Source of the DNA: Candidatus Bathyarchaeota archaeon
GTDB lineage: Archaea; Thermoproteota; Bathyarchaeia; Bathyarchaeales; Bathycorpusculaceae
Assembly: GCA_963832745.1 (NCBI GenBank)
Contig: CAWHVC010000004.1
Span: forward strand, 128,001-192,000
Length of the DNA stretch: 64,000 nt
Direction: 5' to 3'
This document shows positions 29,196 to 38,574 of the stretch, piece after piece (positions within the stretch are counted from its first letter, which is position 1; each line of letters opens with the position of its first letter). The translations under genes and the position numbers were made by a program. Under the pieces are notes generated by a model. The model did not search any database, was not told the DNA's origin, and saw only the letters and a list, made by a program, of their open reading frames with translations.

Positions 29196-31703
29196 TTGGT
29201 GATAGAAGTACTCTTTCAACTGTTGTTCCTCACGGTGCTTTTTGTTTTTCTTGGGGAACCGTTGAGAGCTTTGGCTTTGAAAAAATTTGCTATTTTTCAA
29301 GGTTTAGATTTACTCCAAAACGGTATTCTCGATATTTTCTTTGGCGCAATGATTCTTTACTTGTTAGCACTTTTGCCTTTTGGGCTTTTCAGTTGGCCTA
29401 TTCTGCTTGGTTACACAATTTTAAGCATACTTTCAAGTGTCTTTCTAAACCGAAAACAGGTAATCCAACTCTTTAACCTGAAAACATTAAATGTCTTAAT
29501 AGAGAATAACAAAAGACAATTTTACGTATACCTCTCGGTTGTTGTAATTTTCATCATTTTCCTCTCAATAAATCTATCATCCTTAAATGGGTTAATCTTT
29601 GGCAGTGTCAGAGACGAATCAATTCATTCCCTTTACACTCAAGTTATCCTTCAGAACCACGCTTTGACAGGAACCCTGCAACCGTACTTGCCTGAAGGCG
29701 TAATTTACCCGCAAGCTGCTCACGTAATTTTCGCTTACTCAACATACATCCTAAACTTGGATATTCCATGGGTCGTTCTTTACGTTTCTATCCTTTTCAA
29801 GTCTCTTACTATTTTTGGGGCTTACTTCTTAGGAAAAAAACTTGGTAGCAATATCTATTACGGTCTTGCATTAAGTTTTGTAACCGCTTTTATTTCCAGT
29901 TGGCCTTTAAACGTTACTTGGGGCGCTAACCCTTTTCTAATAGGCTTTCCATTCTTTCTTGTTTGTCTAGGATTGCTTTTCAATCTTTATCGTAAGCATG
30001 ACTTGACAGGTTTAGTTGTTGCTGGTTTAATGTTCGGTTTTACTGGTGCAATAATTTTGTCTTACCTTGAAGCGTTGATTGTAATTACTTCTTTGCTTTT
30101 TATTTATTATATTCTTGAGAGTCGCCAAAAAATCGTTAACAGTTTAACAGCTTTGGTCACTGTTTTATTTGTAAGTTTAATACCGTTAACCCCATTTCTG
30201 TACCAGTTTATTGCACTTTATCCTTATCCTGGTCACAACATTGGTTTACCATCTGATATAACCTCATGGGCAAGCCAACAAGGTTATTTTAACCAAGCTA
30301 TCGATTGGGCATTCAATAATTTATCGCCGTATTTTCTTCCTAAAATTTTAATGATGTTTCTTATTGGAAGTTTTGCCATTATTCTACTTATTACTAAGGA
30401 TTATGAAAACCCAAATGATAAACTCATTTCAATTAGCAGGTTTGCTCTAGCGATTTTTGCCCCTGTAGTTTTTCTGTCATTTCTCTCTTTCTTCCTTCCT
30501 GGCGACTTTAACATTATATCTTGGGGGCATCAAGGTATAATTCTTTCAATTCCAATAAGTATCCTAATTATTGCGTCGTACCTTAAATTTGCCGAGGTAC
30601 TTCAAAACGGCAGATTTAAACCGTTAGCACAGATGTTCCCTAAAAATTCCAAAGTTGTCTTATTGATTATAATAACGGTTTTATCCCTGATAACGGCGCC
30701 TTTTCTATATTACCGTTTTGTTGATGATTCACAAACCCTCCGAGGTGCTTACGATATTTATGCTGTTACGACACCTCAAGATTACGCGTTAATGCAGTGG
30801 ATGAAAGTCAATTTAACCTCGCCAGACGCATTAATTCTGGTTCATCCGTACGGTTCAGGCTTGTTTATTCCTTCTGTATCAAATAATAAAGTGATTTACC
30901 CCTATACTGGAAGCGCTATGAGTCTTTCTTACCTGACGCTGGTAAGTTTACTTGAGAACAAAACCCTTAACGCTCAAGCATACCAAATAATGCACAACTT
31001 GAATGTAACCTACATATTTGTCGGCTCAAACGTTGTCGCTGAACCTCCAACTTTGAAATGGGATCCATCTCTATTCTTGGGAAATCCGAACTTTGAAGTT
31101 ATAAAAAACTTTGATGACTCTTACCTGTTCAAAATTATTAGAAATGATTCAAGCGTTAACCTTGTTGACGATTTCCAGTATCAGCTTTGGAATCAGAATG
31201 GCTGGTTAAATGGTGAAGCTGGTTGGGGTCAAGGAAACGTAACTATCACTCAAAATGGTGCATTTGGGTCAAAAGCTTTAGTGATTACATCACAGGCTAC
31301 ACCATTAGTTAATCAGTTTGAGCCGCGTTACACCAACTGGGTTAACAGGGACATTTATGTTGATAACTCCTCACAGGTTTTCCTCTCTTTTGATTTAGAT
31401 GCAAGTCAAGGTTTCCATGGAAACGATTCGTTTGCGTTTATACTTTCTAACTTTAACCAAAGCCAAGCTGTAGTAGTCGTTACGCCTAACAGCATTTTCC
31501 AGAATTATTCAAACACTATAACATTACAAAATAACAAAGGCTCGTTTAGTATTAACATCAGCCAGTTATGGCAAAACTCTTACGGAACATCTATTCCATC
31601 AACACTTATCTTGAACATTTTAAATTATGACTTTGATGGCATTCAAAATGTCGCTCAAATAGACAATATATCAGTAACCTCAAACTCCACAATCAAACCT
31701 TAA
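29196..31703 (+). CDS. Large polytopic membrane protein, GT-C-like candidate
   Basis: More than 12 hydrophobic segments, RDESIH loop, soluble C-terminal region. Lies inside the glycosylation cluster. Confidence 0.6.
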   Translation: MVIEVLFQLLFLTVLFVFLGEPLRALALKKFAIFQGLDLLQNGILDIFFGAMILYLLALLPFGLFSWPILLGYTILSILSSVFLNRKQVIQLFNLKTLNVLIENNKRQFYVYLSVVVIFIIFLSINLSSLNGLIFGSVRDESIHSLYTQVILQNHALTGTLQPYLPEGVIYPQAAHVIFAYSTYILNLDIPWVVLYVSILFKSLTIFGAYFLGKKLGSNIYYGLALSFVTAFISSWPLNVTWGANPFLIGFPFFLVCLGLLFNLYRKHDLTGLVVAGLMFGFTGAIILSYLEALIVITSLLFIYYILESRQKIVNSLTALVTVLFVSLIPLTPFLYQFIALYPYPGHNIGLPSDITSWASQQGYFNQAIDWAFNNLSPYFLPKILMMFLIGSFAIILLITKDYENPNDKLISISRFALAIFAPVVFLSFLSFFLPGDFNIISWGHQGIILSIPISILIIASYLKFAEVLQNGRFKPLAQMFPKNSKVVLLIIITVLSLITAPFLYYRFVDDSQTLRGAYDIYAVTTPQDYALMQWMKVNLTSPDALILVHPYGSGLFIPSVSNNKVIYPYTGSAMSLSYLTLVSLLENKTLNAQAYQIMHNLNVTYIFVGSNVVAEPPTLKWDPSLFLGNPNFEVIKNFDDSYLFKIIRNDSSVNLVDDFQYQLWNQNGWLNGEAGWGQGNVTITQNGAFGSKALVITSQATPLVNQFEPRYTNWVNRDIYVDNSSQVFLSFDLDASQGFHGNDSFAFILSNFNQSQAVVVVTPNSIFQNYSNTITLQNNKGSFSINISQLWQNSYGTSIPSTLILNILNYDFDGIQNVAQIDNISVTSNSTIKP

Positions 31704-31717
31704 AACATGTCAAACGA

Positions 31718-32575
31718 TTGAACGGTATGAAAACAAACACTGAAACCCCCCGAGTTTCTGTTGTAATTCCAACACGTAACTCTGCAAAAACTCTGGACAA
31801 ATGTCTACAAAGCATTCACTGCCAATCTTTTAACCAAATTGAAGTGATAGTAGTTGATGCGTTCAGTAGTGACGAAACCGCAAAAATAGCTAAAAGCTAT
31901 CAAGCCAAACTGGTACAGGCGAAAGGTTTTCAGTCAAAAGCCCGAAACATAGGCGTTCAAAACTCCACAGGCGACTTTGTGCTTTTTTTGGATTCAGACC
32001 AAGTTTTATCCAGAATGGTTATTGCAGACTGCATTAACCTGTGCCTGAATGATGGCGCTAGAATGGTTAGGGTCCCTGAAGTTTTTGTGGGCCACAGTTT
32101 TTGGAGTAATTGCTCTGCTGTTTGGCGAAATAATTATGACAAAGTTGAAGCCCTTTATGGTGACCGTTTAGGTTTAGTTCACGGTAAACCTCGCTTTTTC
32201 TACCGTACTGATTTGGAAAAGGCTGGGTTGTTTGATGAATCTTTATTGTGGGGTGAAGATTATGATTTGTACACTCGCTTGCAGAGTAACAGTGTTAAGG
32301 AGTTAGTTTGCAGTTCGGTTTTGTACCATTTTGAAGCTGTTTCGCTTAGGCTGTTTCTGCTTAAAAACCTGCGTTATGGCGATTCAATATCAGCTTTTAA
32401 ACAGCGCAGTGAAGGCCAAGGCTTTTCAGTAATGATTAATCATTCAGTTTTAACATTTGTTGAGATTTTAAGAAAGCCAAACCGGTTGTCTATTGTTGCT
32501 GGTTGTATTGTTTTGTTTTTGATTAAATCTAGCGCAACTGTGTTAGGCGTTTTGAAGGGTCTAAAAGGTCTATAA
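31718..32575 (+). CDS. Glycosyltransferase family 2
   Basis: VSVVIPTRNS, IVVDAFSSDET, ARNIG, FLDSD, GEDYDL. Confidence 0.9.
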   Translation: MNGMKTNTETPRVSVVIPTRNSAKTLDKCLQSIHCQSFNQIEVIVVDAFSSDETAKIAKSYQAKLVQAKGFQSKARNIGVQNSTGDFVLFLDSDQVLSRMVIADCINLCLNDGARMVRVPEVFVGHSFWSNCSAVWRNNYDKVEALYGDRLGLVHGKPRFFYRTDLEKAGLFDESLLWGEDYDLYTRLQSNSVKELVCSSVLYHFEAVSLRLFLLKNLRYGDSISAFKQRSEGQGFSVMINHSVLTFVEILRKPNRLSIVAGCIVLFLIKSSATVLGVLKGLKGL

Positions 32576-32660
32576 CCTTTTTTGTGTTTTGATTGTTTGC
32601 TCTTGGAACTGAAGTTTTTAAGCAAGCATCAACCATTAGTTTACAACTTTAGGTGTTAAA

Positions 32661-33719
32661 ATGAAGGCTCTTGTACTAAGCGGTGGTAAAGGAACAAGGC
32701 TTAGACCTTTAACTTTTACCTGTGCAAAACAGCTCATTCCCGTAGCTAACAAACCTATTCTGGGCTACGTTCTTGACCAAGTAGCATCAGCTAACATTAA
32801 AAATGCTGGCATAATTACGGCGCCGGAAACAGGGCAGTATGTTAAGGATTATGTTGCTGATGGTTCAAGATGGAACCTTAAAGTTCAATACATACCTCAG
32901 ATGCCTTTAGGTTTAGCACATGCAGTTAAAACTGCTAAACGCTTTTTGGGTCAAGACTCTTTTGTCATGTGTCTTGGCGATAACGTTACCGGTCAAGGGT
33001 TAAACGCTTTTGTTAAGAAATTCAAAAACGAAAAACTCGATGCACTCATAATTTTAAAAGAAGTTGAAAACCCTTCTGCCTTCGGAATCGCTCAACTTGA
33101 CAAAGACGGCAATATAACACGATTGGTTGAGAAGCCTAAAACTCCCATGGGTAATTTGGCAATTATCGGTACTTACCTGTTTAGTAATAAGGTTCATCAA
33201 GCAATTGAACGAATAAAACCATCCTGGCGTGGAGAATTAGAAATAACTGACGCCATTCAAGAAATGATTAACATGGGTTTCATTGTTAAAGCCGAAATTC
33301 TTAATTCATGGTGGCTTGATACAGGCAAGAAGGATGATATTTTATCTGCAAATGCTCGAATTCTTGATGAGTACATCCAACTTGATGTTAAGGGTACCGT
33401 AACTTGTAGCACGATTGATGGCAGAGTAAAAGTTGAGTCTTCTGCAAAAATAGTTAACAGTACTATCCGTGGACCCTGTATAATAGGCAAAAATGTTGTG
33501 ATCGAAAACTCTTTTATTGGACCTTACTCAAGCATCGGCGACAATTCCTGTATCTCAAACTCAAATGTTGAATACTGTGTAATACAAGAAAACGTTACGG
33601 TCAAAGACATTGAACGATTAGAAGATAGCCTGATTGGAAAAAACGCTAAAGTAACCAAAAACCAGCGGAACCGTACAATCAAAGTTCACATGGGCGATTA
33701 TTCCGAAGTAGAAGTCTGA
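32661..33719 (+). CDS. rfbA: Glucose-1-phosphate thymidylyltransferase (long form)
   Basis: GGKGTRLRPLT, KQLIPVANKP, LGDN, VEKPK, RGELEITDA; C-terminal hexapeptide repeats. Confidence 0.93.
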   Translation: MKALVLSGGKGTRLRPLTFTCAKQLIPVANKPILGYVLDQVASANIKNAGIITAPETGQYVKDYVADGSRWNLKVQYIPQMPLGLAHAVKTAKRFLGQDSFVMCLGDNVTGQGLNAFVKKFKNEKLDALIILKEVENPSAFGIAQLDKDGNITRLVEKPKTPMGNLAIIGTYLFSNKVHQAIERIKPSWRGELEITDAIQEMINMGFIVKAEILNSWWLDTGKKDDILSANARILDEYIQLDVKGTVTCSTIDGRVKVESSAKIVNSTIRGPCIIGKNVVIENSFIGPYSSIGDNSCISNSNVEYCVIQENVTVKDIERLEDSLIGKNAKVTKNQRNRTIKVHMGDYSEVEV

Positions 33720-33787
33720 TTCGCTTGGGACACAACAACTGTTATAAATCTTTCATAAATATAGCTTAGACATAACATAATCTTGGG

Positions 33788-34300
33788 TTGACTGCTGTGC
33801 TTGAAGGAATAAGAATCAAAACGATAGACCGCTTTGTTGACGAGAGAGGCTTTTTCACCGAATTAATGCGCAAAGACTGGACAGACCTATTTGCAAAAGA
33901 CACGATCGCCCAAATCAACCATTCCTTTACGTACCCTAACATTATACGGGCATGGCACAGGCACCTGCGAGGTCAAGTTGATTACTTTTTAGCGTTAAAA
34001 GGCACAATAAAAATCGGCGTTTACGATGATGAATCAGGCGAGCTTGACGAAATCGTTACAAGCGGCATGAAACTTCAAGTGGTTCGAGTGCCTGGTTTAT
34101 ACTGGCATGGATTTAAAGCTGTAGGCGATGAACCAGTTATGCTTGTGTACTTTACTACCAACCTTTATGACCCATCTAACCCCGATGAAGAACGTAGAGC
34201 ATGGAATGACCCAACAATTATCCCTAAACTGGTTAACGGCAAAAATGCGGATCCTCGTGTAGGTAAACCTTGGGATTGGAATCTTGCACCAAACAAGTAG
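33788..34300 (+). CDS. rfbC: dTDP-4-dehydrorhamnose 3,5-epimerase family
   Basis: DERGFFTE, IRAWHRH, WHGF; gene context. Confidence 0.88.
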   Translation: MTAVLEGIRIKTIDRFVDERGFFTELMRKDWTDLFAKDTIAQINHSFTYPNIIRAWHRHLRGQVDYFLALKGTIKIGVYDDESGELDEIVTSGMKLQVVRVPGLYWHGFKAVGDEPVMLVYFTTNLYDPSNPDEERRAWNDPTIIPKLVNGKNADPRVGKPWDWNLAPNK

Positions 34301-34311
34301 AGTGATAAAAT

Positions 34312-35319
34312 ATGAAGTTGTTAGTTACAGGCGGTTTAGGCTTCATAGGAAGCAACTTTTGCAGGTACATGCTAGCAAAGCATCCGGATTATGAATTGAT
34401 AAATGTTGATAAAATCGGTATAGGTGCTAACCCGGCTAATCTGCATGATATTGAAAACGATAAACGTTACACGTTCATTAAGGGTGATATTTGTAATCCT
34501 CAGCTCATGAACCGGTTGATCCATCAGGTTGACGCAGTGGTTAACATCGCCGCGGAAACCCATGTTGACCGTAGCATAAGTGACCCAAACATGTTTCTGC
34601 AAAACAACACTTTGGGCACGTTTACGATTCTGGAAGCCATAAGACGACATAACCATAAAGCTCGCCTGTTGCAGGTTTCAACTGATGAGGTTTACGGTGA
34701 AGCCCTTGAAGGTTCCTTTACAGAGACTACTCCGCCTAAACCTTCTAATCCTTACTCTGCCTCAAAAGCAGCCGGCGACATGTTTGTTCTTGCCTATCAC
34801 AAAACTTACGGCTTAAATGTTTCAATAACCCGTTGCACTAACAATTTTGGTCCTTATCAGTTGCCTGAAAAGTTGATTCCGAAAACTGTTATCCGCGCCC
34901 TGCGTGATCTGCCAATTCCAGTTTATGGCTCAGGCCAAAACGTTCGCGACTGGATTTACGTGCAGGATCATTGTTCAGCGATTGAAACTGTGCTTGAAAA
35001 AGGTGTTCCAGGCGAAGTTTACAATGTTTCTGCTGGAAACGAAGTTCCAAACATTGAAATTGTTAAAAAAATTATTGCCCAGCTTGGTAAGCCTGAAAGC
35101 TTAATCACTTTTGTTGAAGACCGTCCAGGTCATGATACACGTTACAGTTTGGATTCAACAAAAACTCGGACAACATTGGGTTGGAAGCCAGCGTGCGATT
35201 TTGAGAAGTCGCTTGAATCCACTGTCAAATGGTACCTAGAGAATGAGCATTGGTGGACACCTTTCGCTACTGAAGTGATTCTTCATCCTACTCCTTGGAA
35301 GCTTAGTGGTGTTCATTGA
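34312..35319 (+). CDS. rfbB: dTDP-glucose 4,6-dehydratase
   Basis: TGGLGFIGSNF, AAETHVDRSI, STDEVYG, YSASKA, DRPGHD.RY. Confidence 0.96.
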   Translation: MKLLVTGGLGFIGSNFCRYMLAKHPDYELINVDKIGIGANPANLHDIENDKRYTFIKGDICNPQLMNRLIHQVDAVVNIAAETHVDRSISDPNMFLQNNTLGTFTILEAIRRHNHKARLLQVSTDEVYGEALEGSFTETTPPKPSNPYSASKAAGDMFVLAYHKTYGLNVSITRCTNNFGPYQLPEKLIPKTVIRALRDLPIPVYGSGQNVRDWIYVQDHCSAIETVLEKGVPGEVYNVSAGNEVPNIEIVKKIIAQLGKPESLITFVEDRPGHDTRYSLDSTKTRTTLGWKPACDFEKSLESTVKWYLENEHWWTPFATEVILHPTPWKLSGVH

Positions 35320-36203
35320 AGCTTCTAGTTACAGGCGCCAGTGGACTTTTCGGTTCTAAACTGGCAAAAACTGCTTCAGCAAAAGGTATTGAAGTTTACG
35401 CTGGGTATAGCAAGGACCCGACGCAAATTGGGGTTCCTGTTTTGTTTGATGTTTCTGACAAAAACCAAGTGGAGAAAGCATTTGCTTTTGCAAAGCCTGA
35501 TGTTGTGGTGCATGCGGCTTCTTTGACTGATGTTGACAAGTGTGAGCTTAATCGGGAGCTTGCTTGGAAAATTAATGTTGAAGGCGCCAAAAACATTGCA
35601 AAAGCCGCCTCGGAAAGCAATGCTTTTCTTGTTTATGTTTCAACCGATTATGTTTTTAGTGGCGAAAAAGGCTGCTATAAAGAAACTGACCAAACTGGCC
35701 CAATTAGTTATTATGGGTTAACCAAGCTTAAGGCTGAAGAAGTCTCCCTTCAGTCTGTGCCCGGTTGCTGTATTGCTCGCACAAGCGTAATTTACGGCGC
35801 AACACCTGCTGCAGGCAAAATAAACTTTGCACTTTGGGTTCTTAACAAACTTAAAATTGGCGAAAAACTGAGGATTGTAACTGACCAATGGAATTCTCCA
35901 ACGCTTAATACTAGTTTGGCTGACATGGTTTTGGATGTTGTTGAGCAACGTTTAGGCGGTGTTTTTAATTTGTGTGGCGCTTCGCGGGTTAGCCGTTATA
36001 ATTTTGCTTTGGCTTTGGCTGAAGTGTTTGGTTTGGATTCTGGTTTGATTGAACCCGTCTTGGCCTCGAGTTTTAATTGGCCTGCAAGGCGTCCTATGGA
36101 TTCTTCTCTTAATGTTTCTAAAGCTCAACGACTATTGCATGTTAAACCTTTGGAGTTAACTTCAGCGTTGGTTGAGTTAAAGAAAGAATTAGATGCTCTT
36201 TGA
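35316..36203 (+). CDS. rfbD: dTDP-4-dehydrorhamnose reductase
   Basis: TGASG.FG, TDVDKCE, STDYVFSG, YGLTK, DQ..SPT, ARRP..S.L. Confidence 0.94.
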   Translation: MKLLVTGASGLFGSKLAKTASAKGIEVYAGYSKDPTQIGVPVLFDVSDKNQVEKAFAFAKPDVVVHAASLTDVDKCELNRELAWKINVEGAKNIAKAASESNAFLVYVSTDYVFSGEKGCYKETDQTGPISYYGLTKLKAEEVSLQSVPGCCIARTSVIYGATPAAGKINFALWVLNKLKIGEKLRIVTDQWNSPTLNTSLADMVLDVVEQRLGGVFNLCGASRVSRYNFALALAEVFGLDSGLIEPVLASSFNWPARRPMDSSLNVSKAQRLLHVKPLELTSALVELKKELDAL

Positions 36204-36221
36204 AAAAAGAGAAAGATTGGT

Positions 36222-36872
36222 TTATTGACTTTTTTGTTCTGTGTCGCCTAATACTTGGTTGCAGTATGGGCATACGTTGACAAGTTTTGATTTTCCGCCT
36301 TCAAAGTCAAGCATCACTAATGGTTGACTGAATGTTTTCTTGCAACTTGGACACGCGTTTGTTTGGTTTTGGGTTTTGTTTTGCTTGTTTGTTGTTTTCT
36401 GTGTCTTTTCTTCTGTTATTGTTACGGCGGTTGTTGTTGCAGATTGAGGTTTTGGTTGTGTAGCTACAATTTTAGGTGTTGCCGCCGGTGGTTCTACTTG
36501 TTTTGGCTGGGTTTTTGGTTGAGTGTAGACTGGTTGGGGTGGTGCTTGGACTGGTTTGGTTGCGGTTTTTTCTTGTTTTATGCTTGTCACGATTTGGGTT
36601 GGGGCTGGGGTTTTATTTTTTATGAATCCTAAAAGTAGCAGGACTGCGCTTATGGCGATTGCTGCGCCTAGTCCGGCGTAAATTATGCTTGTGAAGCTGT
36701 GGTACGGGTTTGCCCAGTCTGCGCTGAACTGTAAGTCGTATTGGTAAAGTTGTACGTTAACTATCTTGTCTATCTCGTTAACGGCGTACATTACTGCTCC
36801 TGAAAAAGCGATGATTGCTATGAGTAATATGCGGCTTAGCCATTGATTATTGTTAAAGCGACTGTAACTCAT
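36222..36872 (-). CDS. Hypothetical membrane protein with Pro/Thr/Gln linker and C-terminal zinc ribbon
   Basis: Two TM helices, low-complexity linker, CPSC...CPYC. Confidence 0.75.
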   Translation of the reverse strand: MSYSRFNNNQWLSRILLIAIIAFSGAVMYAVNEIDKIVNVQLYQYDLQFSADWANPYHSFTSIIYAGLGAAIAISAVLLLLGFIKNKTPAPTQIVTSIKQEKTATKPVQAPPQPVYTQPKTQPKQVEPPAATPKIVATQPKPQSATTTAVTITEEKTQKTTNKQNKTQNQTNACPSCKKTFSQPLVMLDFEGGKSKLVNVCPYCNQVLGDTEQKSQ

Positions 36873-36965
36873 TTGTTAAGCCTCAAACGTTATTGTCTAT
36901 TGGTGAACAAAAACGTTATGTTTGTGTTGTGGTAAATTTACGTCAACTGCAGGTACTGATGATTA

Positions 36966-37337
36966 GTGAAAGGCTCTATGAAACCGTTAAGTGTGAAACA
37001 GATTGCCAGCCAACGCATCGATATCCTTTTTGAACAAGCGGAAGCTGTAATAAAAACCAATCCGCAACTGGCCGCTGAATACGTTAAGGTAGCCCAGAAG
37101 GTGGCTATGTCTGCACGGTTTGCTTTGCCTGCAGAGTATAAGCGCCGCATCTGTAAGCATTGTGGCGGGTTTTTGGTGGTTGGTTTTAATTGTCGTGTGC
37201 GTATTCAACAAAAAAGGGAGCCTCACGTCGTAGTAACATGTTTAAACTGCGGTTATAATTCACGTATAATGCTTAGAAAGAAAAAGGACCGAGTAGAAAT
37301 TGAGCAAAATAACGACTCGAATGAAACGTCACGTTAA
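36966..37337 (+). CDS. rnp4: Ribonuclease P protein component 4 (Rpp21)
   Basis: IA.QRI.ILF, KRRICKHC, RVRI, VVVTCLNCG. Confidence 0.92.
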   Translation: MKGSMKPLSVKQIASQRIDILFEQAEAVIKTNPQLAAEYVKVAQKVAMSARFALPAEYKRRICKHCGGFLVVGFNCRVRIQQKREPHVVVTCLNCGYNSRIMLRKKKDRVEIEQNNDSNETSR

Positions 37338-37614
37338 ACATGTGCTGAAAGATGAAAATCCAACTATTTGGATTGGCAAGGAAGGTCTAACGCCGCAGTT
37401 GGCTGCTGAAGTTGAAAAGCAGCTTCAAAAGAACAAAATGGTTAAAATTAGAATTCTCCCAGCCGCATTAACAGAAGAGAATACTGCGCAGAGTATTGCC
37501 GCTAAAACGGCGGAACAAGTTGAAGCTGCCCTTGTTGAGGTGCGTGGTCACGTTTTCATTCTGTTTAGGAAGCGTCGTCAGGTAGATCAGCCTTCATCTC
37601 AACCCAACCCTTAA
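37300..37614 (+). CDS. YhbY/CRM-domain RNA-binding protein
   Basis: PTIWIGKEGL, VKIRIL, VEVRGHVFILFR; conserved position after rnp4. Confidence 0.9.
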   Translation: MSKITTRMKRHVKHVLKDENPTIWIGKEGLTPQLAAEVEKQLQKNKMVKIRILPAALTEENTAQSIAAKTAEQVEAALVEVRGHVFILFRKRRQVDQPSSQPNP

Positions 37615-37692
37615 CTGGGCTTTTGGTTTTCTGTTTTTAGAATTGTATAAATATCAAATCTTCTTTCTGTTTTTTAGGTAAATTTTTAGTTT

Positions 37693-38160
37693 TTGAGGCG
37701 TTTAGTTTTGGTTTTGGATTTAGGTTGGTTAATTAAAAAGGATCATGATGAGTATCGACGGTTTTTTGTTGAAATGGCGAAAACTGAACTGAAAGATGGT
37801 AAATACCGTGAAGTTGCTCTTTGTAATGTTATGCGGAAGATTTTGGCGCATCATGAAGCTGAAGAGGTCTCAGTTTTCCCCAAAATGCATCAGATTCCAG
37901 AGTTAAACAGGTTGGTTTTTGAGCTTGAAGTTGAACACGCGGACATGCGAAAACTTTTCGAGACCCTTCAAGGTGAACGTGCAGATACTGAAATTTGGAA
38001 GTACAAGCTTGCCTCAATCTTTGACATTATACATGCACATTGGCTTAAAGAAGAAGAGCAGTTAACGCCGTTTTGGCAGATGTTTTTTTCAGAGGCAGAA
38101 TGGGCGACTTTTTCAAAACAGTTTTCGGAAGCAACTGAAAACTATCTCAAAACCCATTAA
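37693..38160 (+). CDS. Hemerythrin-like (HHE) domain protein
   Basis: DH, HHEAEE..VFP, EH, HWLKEE. Exact start uncertain. Confidence 0.85.
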   Translation: MRRLVLVLDLGWLIKKDHDEYRRFFVEMAKTELKDGKYREVALCNVMRKILAHHEAEEVSVFPKMHQIPELNRLVFELEVEHADMRKLFETLQGERADTEIWKYKLASIFDIIHAHWLKEEEQLTPFWQMFFSEAEWATFSKQFSEATENYLKTH

Positions 38161-38329
38161 ACAAGTTTTCAACATACTAATCGCCTGATTTTCAACCAAT
38201 ACAGCCTACCCCCTCTTAGAGAATTTCTGGTTTTTATTTTTCTTTTTTTGTAGCATCTCTCGGGAGTGGTTTTTGGGTTTGTTTTTGGGTTGCTTTTTTG
38301 ATTCTAAACCCGAAACATTTGCAGAGCAC

Positions 38330-38383
38330 GTCAAGGTGTGTCAAAGAAAGTCGGTATGCGTCAATTGTCGTCAGGTAAAGTCA
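38330..38383 (+). promoter_or_regulatory. 10-bp periodic GTCA direct-repeat array (6 units)
   Basis: GTCA at 38330, 38340, 38360, 38370, 38380 and GTCG at 38350. The upstream flank ttttgggttgcttttt...ttgcag matches the flank of the 4.8-kb array. Confidence 0.8.
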
Positions 38384-38400
38384 ATGTCAATAGGCGCAGA

Positions 38401-38499
38401 ATGACAGCGAAAAAGCATTGAACGGCAAAATGCATTCGGGCTCTGGCATGGCCCATTAAATCGTATGTTTCTTCTCTGTTTCACGCTCCAACAGCATAA
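38401..38499 (+). pseudogene. Heavily decayed tandem-AbrB remnant
   Basis: ATG at the same 18-bp offset from the array. 3' end tcacgctccaa-cagcataa versus tcacgcttgaaccagcataa in the intact gene. Confidence 0.55.
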
Positions 38500-38574
38500 C
38501 AGGTGGCAAAACGTGCCCTTTAAACAATTTTGGCGCTAAAAAAGCCTTATTCTAAAAGGATTAAAACAAAAAAA

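Noticed and set aside
38330-38390. Periodic arrays considered as CRISPR or simple tandem repeats
   Set aside because: The conserved unit is only 4 bp with 6-bp variable spacers; there are no 25-40 bp repeats and no cas genes.
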